Below, piece after piece: positions 10,073 through 18,856 of a stretch of 64,000 nucleotides of DNA. Within the stretch, counting starts at the first letter, position 1. The number at the start of each line of letters is the position of its first letter. The DNA comes from Candidatus Hecatella orcuttiae (lineage in GTDB: Archaea > Thermoproteota > Bathyarchaeia > Hecatellales > Hecatellaceae). The notes beneath the pieces were generated by a model. The model was given only the letters and a program-made list of their open reading frames with translations, was not told the origin of the DNA and made no database searches. The stretch covers positions 1 to 64,000 of the forward strand of contig MTLY02000001.1 of NCBI GenBank assembly GCA_002011035.2. Reading direction: 5' to 3'. The position numbers and the translations under genes are program-made.

Positions 10073-11473
10073 CTATTTCCATGGTTTTTGGAGGCCTAGG
10101 TTTTCGAGTTCTTTCCACACCTTCTCGTAGATGGCCTGCCACTCCGGGGTGGGTTGGAGGGTTTTGAGGTCGGTGCACTGGGGGAAGCTGAGCCCTTTTG
10201 GGGGGCGGCGGAGGCGGTCCTCGTAGCGGGGCAGCAGCGCCTTCACCAGCTCGCAGGCCTCCCCCCGCCTGAGGCCCGCCGAGGCCTTGACCACCTCCGC
10301 GCAGAACCTGTTCTCCAACCCGCTGGCATAATCAGGAAACCTACAACCCGTAGGACGAGTGCCCATCACCATGCATATGCCCGAAGACACTTCGGCGACG
10401 GAGATGCAGGCTGTTTCGTAGAGAAGCATGTCCGTGCAGGGGCCGCTTACCTGGCTGGTGACTCCGAAAGGCAGCGTGTTCGTTTTCATGCTTCTAGCCT
10501 GCACGGTGATGCTATTCGCCCAGATGGCTTCCCTTCCGCAGTTTCCGAAATACCTCACGTCAAGAATGTCGCTCTGGATAACCGTAGGCTGCATGACGGC
10601 GCACTGCAATACGTGAGCGGCTAGGGCTCCTACAGCTGCCCCTTCCGGGGGGCCTTCGTAGCCTCCGATCATCGTCCAATGCCCTGACTCGATGGGGGCG
10701 CCCCAGTTGATGGCGTGGGCAACCTTGTGCAGCAGCGAGTAATCTGTTTTCAAAGGTGAGGGAAGAAGGGCGATGGCTATCGCCCACGAGGGGTCAAAAC
10801 TACCCGGAGCCCCGTAGCCGCCTAGGTACCCATATTCGGTGGGGCTGCTTTCCACGCCCCAAGCAGGCATTCCAGGTCTTCCCGCCCTCCTGGTGGCTTC
10901 TCTCACCAGAAGCCCTTCGTATTTTCCCCAAAGTGTCTCGTAGGGGGTTCCTCCCCTGCAGATTCTGCCGTGGAACGTCAGAAGGCAAGGGGATATCACT
11001 ATGTCCACCACCCGGTATTGCGCAATAGCTTGGCAGACAGGGATGATGAGGTCTTCCGAAAACGTTATCCCTAGGGGAGTCATGGTGGTGATCGGGGGCT
11101 TTTTATCCTCCGGCTTCCTCGGCTCGATGACAACCCTGTCTGAACCCGATCCTAGGGTTAATCTGCTCGGCCTGTTCCTGAGAGCCTCTTTGAGCTCTTC
11201 TTCGGTAAACTTTATTATTCTTTCCGTAGCTAGGCACAGCATTCCCGTGCTGAGGGCAAGCTCGAAGCCGGCTTCCCAGAAATCGTCCACCAACCCGTCG
11301 TCTGTGTTCACAGGATTTTCAGGAGCGCACACACCGGTGAGTCCGTGTTCTTTCAGGATTCTCTTTATTTCTAAGGGTACGATCCTCGCTTCCCAGTCTT
11401 TCACCTTACAAACAGGGCCTGTGTGAGCTTTATCCAAAACCTCCAAAAATTTAGTCTCACTCACCGGGTGCAC
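10073..11473 (-). CDS. mtmB: Monomethylamine methyltransferase MtmB homolog, pyrrolysine-free (Trp at the Pyl position)
   Basis: Typical N-terminus (KAHTGP..DW, TERIIKFTEEE), GTPYET, AGRPGMPAWGVESS aligning with GRPGMGV-Pyl-GPETS, GGYEGPPEG, GPCTDMLLYE. Confidence 0.9.
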   Translation of the reverse strand: MHPVSETKFLEVLDKAHTGPVCKVKDWEARIVPLEIKRILKEHGLTGVCAPENPVNTDDGLVDDFWEAGFELALSTGMLCLATERIIKFTEEELKEALRNRPSRLTLGSGSDRVVIEPRKPEDKKPPITTMTPLGITFSEDLIIPVCQAIAQYRVVDIVISPCLLTFHGRICRGGTPYETLWGKYEGLLVREATRRAGRPGMPAWGVESSPTEYGYLGGYGAPGSFDPSWAIAIALLPSPLKTDYSLLHKVAHAINWGAPIESGHWTMIGGYEGPPEGAAVGALAAHVLQCAVMQPTVIQSDILDVRYFGNCGREAIWANSITVQARSMKTNTLPFGVTSQVSGPCTDMLLYETACISVAEVSSGICMVMGTRPTGCRFPDYASGLENRFCAEVVKASAGLRRGEACELVKALLPRYEDRLRRPPKGLSFPQCTDLKTLQPTPEWQAIYEKVWKELENLGLQKPWK

Positions 11474-12143
11474 CTCTGGCGACGAGTCCGCTTACTTCCC
11501 TGCTGCCTTCCATCAGTATTTTAGCGACTTCAACAGCGTCTTCCGCGTATTTCCCCCAACCGTCCGCAGAGATTCTCTCAGCCCACTGTGGTGTGACAGG
11601 GGCTCCTCCCACCATGATTCTATACCTGCTTCTGACTCCCATGTCTTGAAGCTGGTCTATTACATCCTTCTGGTAGATCATGCTGGGGGTTATCAGAGAA
11701 GACATGGCGATAATGTCGGCTTTAACTTTCTCCGCTTCATCCACAAATCTACCAGACGGAACGTCGGCGCCTAGGTCGACGACCTCAAACCCAGCCACTT
11801 GGAGCATGGTGGCTACGAGATTCTTCCCTATGTCGTGAATATCTCCGAAGACGGTTCCGATGACAACTTTTCCTCTCCGTATCTCCCGCTTCTTTTCTTC
11901 AGGGATTTTAGCTGTTAAAACTGCTAACGCCTCTTTCACAGCGTCGGCTGCAAGGATTACCTCGGGTAGAAATATTTCAAATCTACTAAACTTATCTCCT
12001 ATTTCCTGCATGAGCACTGTTACTTCCGAGATCGCGGCTAGCGGGTCTCCTCCTTGCTCTACGAATTTCTCCGCCATTTCCCTAGCGTCTTTTTCAGAGC
12101 CTATCCGAATGGCTTCTTTCAGCTTCTCAGTTACACTGCTCAA
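11457..12143 (-). CDS. mtmC: Methyltransferase cognate corrinoid protein (MtmC-like)
   Basis: Cap domain EIFLPEVILAA, B12 motif GDIHDIGKNLV, SSL, MVGGAP; overlaps the mtmB start. Confidence 0.92.
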   Translation of the reverse strand: MSSVTEKLKEAIRIGSEKDAREMAEKFVEQGGDPLAAISEVTVLMQEIGDKFSRFEIFLPEVILAADAVKEALAVLTAKIPEEKKREIRRGKVVIGTVFGDIHDIGKNLVATMLQVAGFEVVDLGADVPSGRFVDEAEKVKADIIAMSSLITPSMIYQKDVIDQLQDMGVRSRYRIMVGGAPVTPQWAERISADGWGKYAEDAVEVAKILMEGSREVSGLVARGAPGE

Positions 12144-12231
12144 ACAATGCAGCCTCCTATCCTGCTAACTCGCAATACCAATTAATCACGTGAACTTAAA
12201 AGTTTACTCCTGACTCTCTCAGCTAAATTTA

Positions 12232-12247
12232 CCAAAAGTCTTATATA
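12232..12247 (+). promoter_or_regulatory. BRE-TATA promoter of ABC operon 2
   Basis: CCAAAAGTCTTATATA about 27 nt upstream of the first GTG. Confidence 0.6.
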
Positions 12248-12273
12248 CAGTTCCAAGAAAAACTAGGTACTAG

Positions 12274-13461
12274 GTGTATTCTATGTCTTCGGAAAATGTT
12301 AGTCAGCCTCGTAGAAGTGCGTTGAAATATGGTGTTGCTGCGGTTGTGGCTGTGGTGGTGGCCGGTGTGGGCGGCTACGCCGCCTGGCAGGCCACAAGAC
12401 CCGCCCCAACCCCAACGCCTACACCCGCGCCGACGCCTACGCCCACTCCCACCCCAACACCAGCACCTACGCCAACCCCAACACCAACACCCACGCCAAC
12501 ACCCGCGCCTGCTCCTAAGAAGTTGAGGCTAGGTATTATAACTCCGACTCCCATAGAGGAACCGTGGAACTTGGCTCTGTTCCAAGCTTTAACACGGACG
12601 AAAGACGAATTGAACATAGAGTTTGACATATCAGAGTCTGTTAGTGTCGCTGACGCCTACACGGTGTTAAGCGGCTACGCGGAGGAAGGCTACGACATTC
12701 TACTCGCCCACAGCTGGTATCCCGACGCCATCAAAGACATAGCGGAGCAGTATCCGGATGTCTACATTCTGGGCGCTGGAGGGGGAACAGAGCTTAAAGT
12801 TCTCTATCCGCCTCCGGAGGAAGTCCCTCCGAATGTGGGCCATTATGACACGTGGATGCATGAAACCGGATACTTGGCGGGCATGATCGCTGGCTACATG
12901 ACCAAAACCAATAAACTGGGCATTGTAGCCGGCTACCCGGTAGAAAACGCCAACAGGTACATGAACGGTTTCATCATGGGGGCCAAAGATGTCAACGCTG
13001 AAGTCCGCGTTCTCCTCACATGGATAGAATCATGGTTCGACCCGGCGAAGGCGAAAGAAGCCGCCATCGCCCAGATTGAAGCAGGAGCAGACATCATATA
13101 CAGTGAAAGGCCCGGAGGCGAAGTAGCAGCGGAAGAGAGAGGCCTTTTCTGCATCGGCCAAGATGTTGACAACTGGGAGCTAGCACCCGAGGCCACGTTG
13201 ACAAGTATCATGTGGATCATCGACCCGATATTGAGAGACGTCGTCAATGGTGTGAGAGCAGGGAAATTTGAGAACAGAGAATATGCCTACGGTCTAGCTG
13301 AAGGTGGAACTGATATTGCACCATACCATGGAACAGCCGACGTGGTGCCTGAGTGGGTTAAGGAAAGCGTCGCGGCAATGAAGCAGGACATCATCGAAGG
13401 GCGGGTAGTCATACCCCACATCGAAACAAAGCCGGAGGAATACTGGGGAGAAGCGCTTTAA
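12274..13461 (+). CDS. BMP/PnrA-family ABC substrate-binding protein with twin-arginine-like signal and long PT linker
   Basis: PRRSALKY + hydrophobic anchor, (PT)n, [24 protein letters not shown]. Confidence 0.9.
   Translation: MYSMSSENVSQPRRSALKYGVAAVVAVVVAGVGGYAAWQATRPAPTPTPTPAPTPTPTPTPTPAPTPTPTPTPTPTPAPAPKKLRLGIITPTPIEEPWNLALFQALTRTKDELNIEFDISESVSVADAYTVLSGYAEEGYDILLAHSWYPDAIKDIAEQYPDVYILGAGGGTELKVLYPPPEEVPPNVGHYDTWMHETGYLAGMIAGYMTKTNKLGIVAGYPVENANRYMNGFIMGAKDVNAEVRVLLTWIESWFDPAKAKEAAIAQIEAGADIIYSERPGGEVAAEERGLFCIGQDVDNWELAPEATLTSIMWIIDPILRDVVNGVRAGKFENREYAYGLAEGGTDIAPYHGTADVVPEWVKESVAAMKQDIIEGRVVIPHIETKPEEYWGEAL
12354..12431 (+). repeat. 78-bp inverted repeat, copy 2
   Basis: Reverse complement of 6008-6085 with 3 mismatches. 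Confidence 0.9.
12400..12516 (+). repeat. Degenerate coding hexanucleotide repeat encoding a Pro-Thr/Ala linker
   Basis: [16 protein letters not shown]... about 39 residues with synonymous variation. Confidence 0.9.
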
Positions 13462-13470
13462 ACTCCCCTT

Positions 13471-13486
13471 CTCTTCTTTATTTTTT
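13471..13486 (+). terminator. U-rich intra-operon terminator candidate
   Basis: CTCTTCTTTATTTTTT about 10 nt after the binding-protein stop codon. Confidence 0.45.
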
Positions 13487-13545
13487 GCTCAGTGGAAATC
13501 CCTTGACATATTTTAGTAGCCAGCTTTTATAAGGCAAAACGGGAA

Positions 13546-14622
13546 TTGAGGAGCATGGTCCATCTCCTCAAAATTGAAATAAAAAAGCGGGAAACCCCCT
13601 CAAAAGTCGCGGAGTTCATAACAGTAATCATAGCGGCCGTAGTGGCCCTTCTCATCGGGGCGGTTTTAATCTATTTAGAAGGAGCAGACCCTATCCTCGG
13701 CTATAAAGCTCTTCTCATAGGTTCTTTGGGGAATCGCGCCGTCTTTCTCGAAACCTTAGTGAAGATGGCACCTCTCCTTCTTGCAGGTTTAGGCATGGTA
13801 GTCGCCTACCAGTGTAAATTTTGGAACATAGGTGGAGAAGGCCAGATTTTCGCAGGAGCCTTGGTTACTACTTGGGTTGGGATAACTTTCACAAAGGAAA
13901 ATCCCGGCATTTTACCCTTGGTTATACTGTTGAGTTTTCTAGGCGGCATGGCTTGGGCTTTGATCCCCGCCGTGCTAAAAGTGAAGCTTCAGATAAACGA
14001 GATCATAACCACTCTGCTGATGAACTTCATCATCATCTATTACATAGATTACTTGGTGCTGGGTCCGTGGATGGACCCCATATCGGTGATGCCTCAATCC
14101 GTGAGAATAAACCCTTCAGCTAGGTTGATGGAAATAGTTCCGGGAAGCCGGCTTCACGCAGGCTTCCTCATCGCCATGGTCTGCGCACCGTTGGTATACA
14201 TACTTCTCCAAAAAACAGTTTTAGGATACCGGATAATGGCGGTGGGCAACAACCCTGAAGCAGCGCGCGCCGGAGGCATAGACATCGCCAAAACCATCCT
14301 CATCGCCGCTGCAATAAGCGGAGGCCTCGCCGGCCTCGCGGGTATGGGGGAAGTCAGCGGGCTTCATTACCGTCTCCGAACAGACATAAGTCCAGGCTAC
14401 GGTTACACCGCCATCCTAGTAGCTTTACTGGCTAGGTTGCACCCCTTCCTTGTGGTGGTGACATCCTTCTTCTTCGCTGTTCTGTTTAAAGGAGGAGATG
14501 CCCTAAAGAGGGTGACGGGGGTGCCGACGGCTCTCATCCCCGTAATCCAAAGCATCGTTTTCATCAGCATTCTAGCCAGCGAAGTTATCACGCGGTATGA
14601 GATACGAATAAAGAGGCGGTAA
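13546..14622 (+). CDS. ABC transporter permease, nucleoside family
   Basis: WNIGGEGQ, NEIITTLLMNF, GYGYTAILVALL. Confidence 0.93.
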   Translation: MRSMVHLLKIEIKKRETPSKVAEFITVIIAAVVALLIGAVLIYLEGADPILGYKALLIGSLGNRAVFLETLVKMAPLLLAGLGMVVAYQCKFWNIGGEGQIFAGALVTTWVGITFTKENPGILPLVILLSFLGGMAWALIPAVLKVKLQINEIITTLLMNFIIIYYIDYLVLGPWMDPISVMPQSVRINPSARLMEIVPGSRLHAGFLIAMVCAPLVYILLQKTVLGYRIMAVGNNPEAARAGGIDIAKTILIAAAISGGLAGLAGMGEVSGLHYRLRTDISPGYGYTAILVALLARLHPFLVVVTSFFFAVLFKGGDALKRVTGVPTALIPVIQSIVFISILASEVITRYEIRIKRR

Positions 14623-14624
14623 CA

Positions 14625-15557
14625 CTGGTCTTCGAGGAAGTTGTGGTAGCAGGGCTTCTGGTCGCCACCCTGAGAATGACCACCCCTATTCTGTTTGCGG
14701 CTGTAGGTGAAACTATCACCGAACGCTCCGGTGTGCTAAACCTTGGAATGGAAGGCATAATGTTGATGGGCGCCATCGCAGGCTTCATCGCCACATTCAC
14801 CACCGGGAACCCTTGGATGGGTGTTTTGGCGGCGATGCTCGTAGGCGGCTTAATCGGTTTAATTCACGCAATTTTATCCATAAGTTTGGGAGTAAACCAA
14901 GTGGTTTCAGGTGTTTCCCTAACCATTTTCGGAATGGGTATGTCAACCTACATCTACCGGGCGTACTTCGGAGCGCTTCCGGTTCCCCCATCTATAGAGC
15001 CTTTCAAGGTTCTGACCGTTCCCGTGCTGAGCGGGATACCGTTCATCGGGCCTTTTCTATTCCAAGCTTACCTTCTCACCTACATTTCCCTGTTTCTCGT
15101 GGTGTTTTTCCAATTTTTCCTCTTCAAAACCCGCTGGGGGTTGAGGATCAGGGCTGTGGGAGAAAACCCTGAGGCAAGCGACACAGCCGGAATAAAGGTG
15201 TTGCTTCTACGCTATGTGTGCGTGATTTTAGGGTCGATGCTGGCGGGGATAGGTGGCGCATTTCTGCCGTTGGCTATTGTTAAATTTTTCATGCCCATGA
15301 TGACCGCGGGCCGCGGCTGGATTGCTGTGGCTGTAGTCATATTCGGCAGATGGATTCCCGTCAGGGTTTTGGGAGGCGCCTTACTCTACGGCTTCGTCGA
15401 CGCTCTTCAACTTCGCCTTCAAGCTGTAGGGATAGGGATCCCCTACCAGTTTTTCCTCATGGCCCCCTATCTTGTGGTCGTCTTGGCTTTAACCGTAGTA
15501 GGAAGAAAAATGAAGCCTCCCAAGGGCTTGGCCATACCGTATAAGAGAGGCGAATAA
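14625..15557 (+). CDS. ABC transporter permease, nucleoside family
   Basis: GETITERSGVLNLGMEG, RAVGENPEA, MTAGRGW. The start is either in-frame CTG 14625 (after GAGGCGG) or GTG 14643. Confidence 0.92.
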   Translation: MVFEEVVVAGLLVATLRMTTPILFAAVGETITERSGVLNLGMEGIMLMGAIAGFIATFTTGNPWMGVLAAMLVGGLIGLIHAILSISLGVNQVVSGVSLTIFGMGMSTYIYRAYFGALPVPPSIEPFKVLTVPVLSGIPFIGPFLFQAYLLTYISLFLVVFFQFFLFKTRWGLRIRAVGENPEASDTAGIKVLLLRYVCVILGSMLAGIGGAFLPLAIVKFFMPMMTAGRGWIAVAVVIFGRWIPVRVLGGALLYGFVDALQLRLQAVGIGIPYQFFLMAPYLVVVLALTVVGRKMKPPKGLAIPYKRGE

Positions 15558-15601
15558 GCAGATTTTTCTCCTTCAATTAATAATGGCTTACGGAGTATCC
15601 G

Positions 15602-17230
15602 TTACTCTGCAGATTTAGGTTTCACCCCAGCCATCATCAACCCAAGTTCTTCGATGTTAACTTTCTCCGTGGGGATTATGCCCATGATCTCCCCCTCATA
15701 TATGACTGCGATCCTGTCGCTGAGGGAGAGAATTTCGTCGAGGTCCTCTGAAATGAGCAAAATGGCAGTGCCATTCTTCTTTTGCTGAACAAGCATATTT
15801 CGTATATACTCCGTAGCACCCACGTCAAGACCCCTAGTCGGCTGGGAAGCTATCAGAAGCTTGGGAGTCCCGTCCATCTCACGGGCGAGGATGAGTTTTT
15901 GAATGTTCCCTCCGGAGAGGTACCTCACATATGTTTTTATGCTCGGAGTCATGACATCGTATTTTGAAACCAGCTTCTGCGAATGCTGGTCAATTTCCTT
16001 ATCGTTCAAAAACCCTTTTCGAGAAAAGGGTTCACCATCATGCGTCTTCAAGATGACGTTTTTTGTGATGGGGAAGTCGACTATCACCCCCTTCCCCAAA
16101 CGGTCCTCTGGAATGTAGGCTACCCCTTGTTCGATCACTTCCTTCGTCGACCGGTTGCTTATTTCACGTCCGCAGAGAAGAACCTTTCCAGCCTTAGCTC
16201 TGCGCAGATTGACTAAAACTTCCTCCAACTCACTCTGACCGTTACCGCTGACTCCGGCTAATCCTAAAATCTCCCCGCGGCGTATGTTGAAGGACACTCC
16301 TTTAAGGGCCAACATTCCTCTATCATCTAGAGCTTGGAGATCTTTAACTTCAAGAATCACTTCGTCACTTTTCACCGGAACTCTCTCTATTTGGAAGATC
16401 ACCTCCCGCCCCACCATCATCCTCGCCAACTCCCTCATGCTGGTTTTAGAAGTTTCAACGGTGGCGATAACTTTGCCTTTTCGGAGTACGGTCACCCGGT
16501 TGCTGATGTCCATGACTTCCTTCAGCTTATGGGTTATGAATATGATGGCGTATCCTTCCTCAGCCATCCCGCGAAGCGCCTTGAAGAGTTCCCTTACCTC
16601 CGTGGGAGAAAGAACAGCGGTAGGCTCGTCGAGGATCAATATGTTCACATCCCGGTAGAGGGCTTTCAGGATTTCAACCCTTTGCTGCTCTCCCACCGAC
16701 AGCTCCCATATCTTAGCTTTCAAATCGACTTTGAATTCATGTCGCTTCATGATTTCAGATATTTTATTTTCTGCGCTTTTAAAGTCCAGTAAACCTCTCT
16801 TCTCAGGTTCCAGCCCGAGAACGATGTTTTCAATAACGGTCAATTCAGACACAAGCATAAAGTGCTGGTGGACCATGCCTATCCCAAGGCTGATGGCTTC
16901 TCGAGGTGATCTTATGTCTACTTTTTGACCGTGAACAAATATTTCCCCTGAATCCTTACGGTACAGCCCGTACAGTATCTTCATCAAAGTAGTCTTCCCA
17001 GCGCCGTTTTCCCCCAGCAGCGCATGAATCTCCCCCGCCTTCACGTCAAAATTAATATTGTCATTGGCGAGCACTCCGGGGAACCTTTTAGTGATCCCTC
17101 GCATCTCCACAACAGTTGACCCGATTTCCACTTTTTCGGCGAACGCCGGTTGAGAGGGTAGTTTTTCTTTAGGAGGGGGGTTGGCGGTTAGGCTGATTTT
17201 TCTGAGTCTTGATGCCACATATCTCACCAA
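15602..17230 (-). CDS. ABC transporter ATP-binding protein (tandem NBD), convergent with its permeases
   Basis: GENGAGKTT, LSVGEQQRVEI, LSGGNIQK. The first ~33 aa may be over-called. Confidence 0.93.
   Translation of the reverse strand: MVRYVASRLRKISLTANPPPKEKLPSQPAFAEKVEIGSTVVEMRGITKRFPGVLANDNINFDVKAGEIHALLGENGAGKTTLMKILYGLYRKDSGEIFVHGQKVDIRSPREAISLGIGMVHQHFMLVSELTVIENIVLGLEPEKRGLLDFKSAENKISEIMKRHEFKVDLKAKIWELSVGEQQRVEILKALYRDVNILILDEPTAVLSPTEVRELFKALRGMAEEGYAIIFITHKLKEVMDISNRVTVLRKGKVIATVETSKTSMRELARMMVGREVIFQIERVPVKSDEVILEVKDLQALDDRGMLALKGVSFNIRRGEILGLAGVSGNGQSELEEVLVNLRRAKAGKVLLCGREISNRSTKEVIEQGVAYIPEDRLGKGVIVDFPITKNVILKTHDGEPFSRKGFLNDKEIDQHSQKLVSKYDVMTPSIKTYVRYLSGGNIQKLILAREMDGTPKLLIASQPTRGLDVGATEYIRNMLVQQKKNGTAILLISEDLDEILSLSDRIAVIYEGEIMGIIPTEKVNIEELGLMMAGVKPKSAE
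16968..17021 (+). repeat. 54-bp exact direct repeat, copy 2
   Basis: Identical to 4872-4925. Confidence 0.9.
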
Positions 17231-17365
17231 ATATTTTTTGTGGATGTCTATTTATGATGCTTCAAGTAAATTTAAGGGTTATGTGGATGAGCGTTTTAAA
17301 GTTGCATTCCTCCATAACTGATAAAAGCCTGTGGAAACAAGAATTTTAAATTCTCAAAAGGATAG

Positions 17366-18721
17366 ATGATAGCAAAGGAGAGTGAAAGGTTGAGTTTAGC
17401 GATAGAAGGTGGAACGATAATAACTTTAGATAAAAACCGCCCCATCATCAAAAACGGGCTTCTTGTCGTTCAAGATGGAGAGATCACCTTCGTGGGGGAG
17501 AAGTCTGAATTTAAGGAAAGCCTAGACGTCGAAAGACGGATCGACGCTTCGGGAAAGTTCGTCTTCCCAGGTTTCATCAACGCTCACAACCACATGTTCC
17601 AGGTTTTTATCAGAAGCGTCGCGGTGGACATGGAGCTTCTGGACTGGCTGAAATTGGCCATATGGCCGTTTACCCAGAGCCTCACCGAGAGCGATATATA
17701 TGTGGCGGCGAGGCTTGCCATCATTGAAAACATAAAGTCGGGAATAACCTGCATCGTGGACAATCAATACCCCCGATTCTACGAGCCGGTAGCTAAGGCG
17801 ATGGATGAAACCGGTATCCGCGGAGTTCTCGCCTGCGGATATTACGAACTGAACGTCTTGGATGAGATGAAGACTGAACCCTCGGAAGCGCTTAAAAAAT
17901 GTGAAGAGACCCTCAGGAAATGGGATAAAGCTGGAGGTGGACGTATCAGGGTATGCCCCGCCCCCATGCATCCCTGCTTCGCTTCCGATGAGCTCATCTT
18001 AAAATCCAAGGAACTCGCAGACAAGTATGATACCTATCTCCACATTCACACGGCGGAAAGCGAGAGAGACGTCAGAATGCTCATGGAGAGGACTGGAAAA
18101 CGAGACGTCGAGTATCTCCACGACTTAGGGGTGCTGGACAGCCGGTTTCTAGCCGTCCATTCCGTATGTGTGACGAAACGGGAGATAGACCTTCTCGTGG
18201 CATCCGGTGCCCAGATAGTTCACAACCCCATCAGCAACATGTATGTCTGCGACGGTGTAGCCCCCATTCCTGAATATATTAGAAGAGGCCTCAACGTAGC
18301 CCTAGGGACCGACGGCTCCGCGAGCAATGGGAATCAGGATTTCTTATCATCCATGAAGTTCGCTGCTTTACTCCACAAAGTCTACCACATGGACCCGTCG
18401 ATAATTAAGGCTCAGGATTCCTTGGAGATGGCCACCATCAACGGAGCGAAAGCTCTCTCCATGGGAGACCGGCTGGGCTCCCTTCAAGTGGGTAAGAGGG
18501 CTGATATCACCATAGTGGACATGTTCAAACCTCACACGGTGCATGTGCACGATCCCGTGGGTTCGCTGGTTTACTCTTGCACCCCAGAAAACGTGGACAC
18601 AGTCATCGTGGATGGGAAGATTCTGATGGAGAACAGGCGGATAACCTTCACCGACGAAGAGGAGGAACTGAGAAAAGCCGATGAAGTGGCTCAGGCCGTT
18701 AAAGAAAGAGCTCGAATATAG
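17366..18721 (+). CDS. Amidohydrolase-superfamily deaminase (MTA/SAH, 8-oxoguanine deaminase-like)
   Basis: NAHNHMFQ, IHTAES, VHS, GTDGSASN. Confidence 0.9.
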   Translation: MIAKESERLSLAIEGGTIITLDKNRPIIKNGLLVVQDGEITFVGEKSEFKESLDVERRIDASGKFVFPGFINAHNHMFQVFIRSVAVDMELLDWLKLAIWPFTQSLTESDIYVAARLAIIENIKSGITCIVDNQYPRFYEPVAKAMDETGIRGVLACGYYELNVLDEMKTEPSEALKKCEETLRKWDKAGGGRIRVCPAPMHPCFASDELILKSKELADKYDTYLHIHTAESERDVRMLMERTGKRDVEYLHDLGVLDSRFLAVHSVCVTKREIDLLVASGAQIVHNPISNMYVCDGVAPIPEYIRRGLNVALGTDGSASNGNQDFLSSMKFAALLHKVYHMDPSIIKAQDSLEMATINGAKALSMGDRLGSLQVGKRADITIVDMFKPHTVHVHDPVGSLVYSCTPENVDTVIVDGKILMENRRITFTDEEEELRKADEVAQAVKERARI

Positions 18722-18856
18722 AGTGGAGAAGCCGAAGTTATTCCGTCGAGAGTGACCCATGAACTCCCAATCGAAATGGGGCGCGGATTTTTGAAATGGT
18801 GAAACGGTATTTTTTATTAATCGAGTAAACAGTAAAATGTCGCGAGGTGAGCAGGA

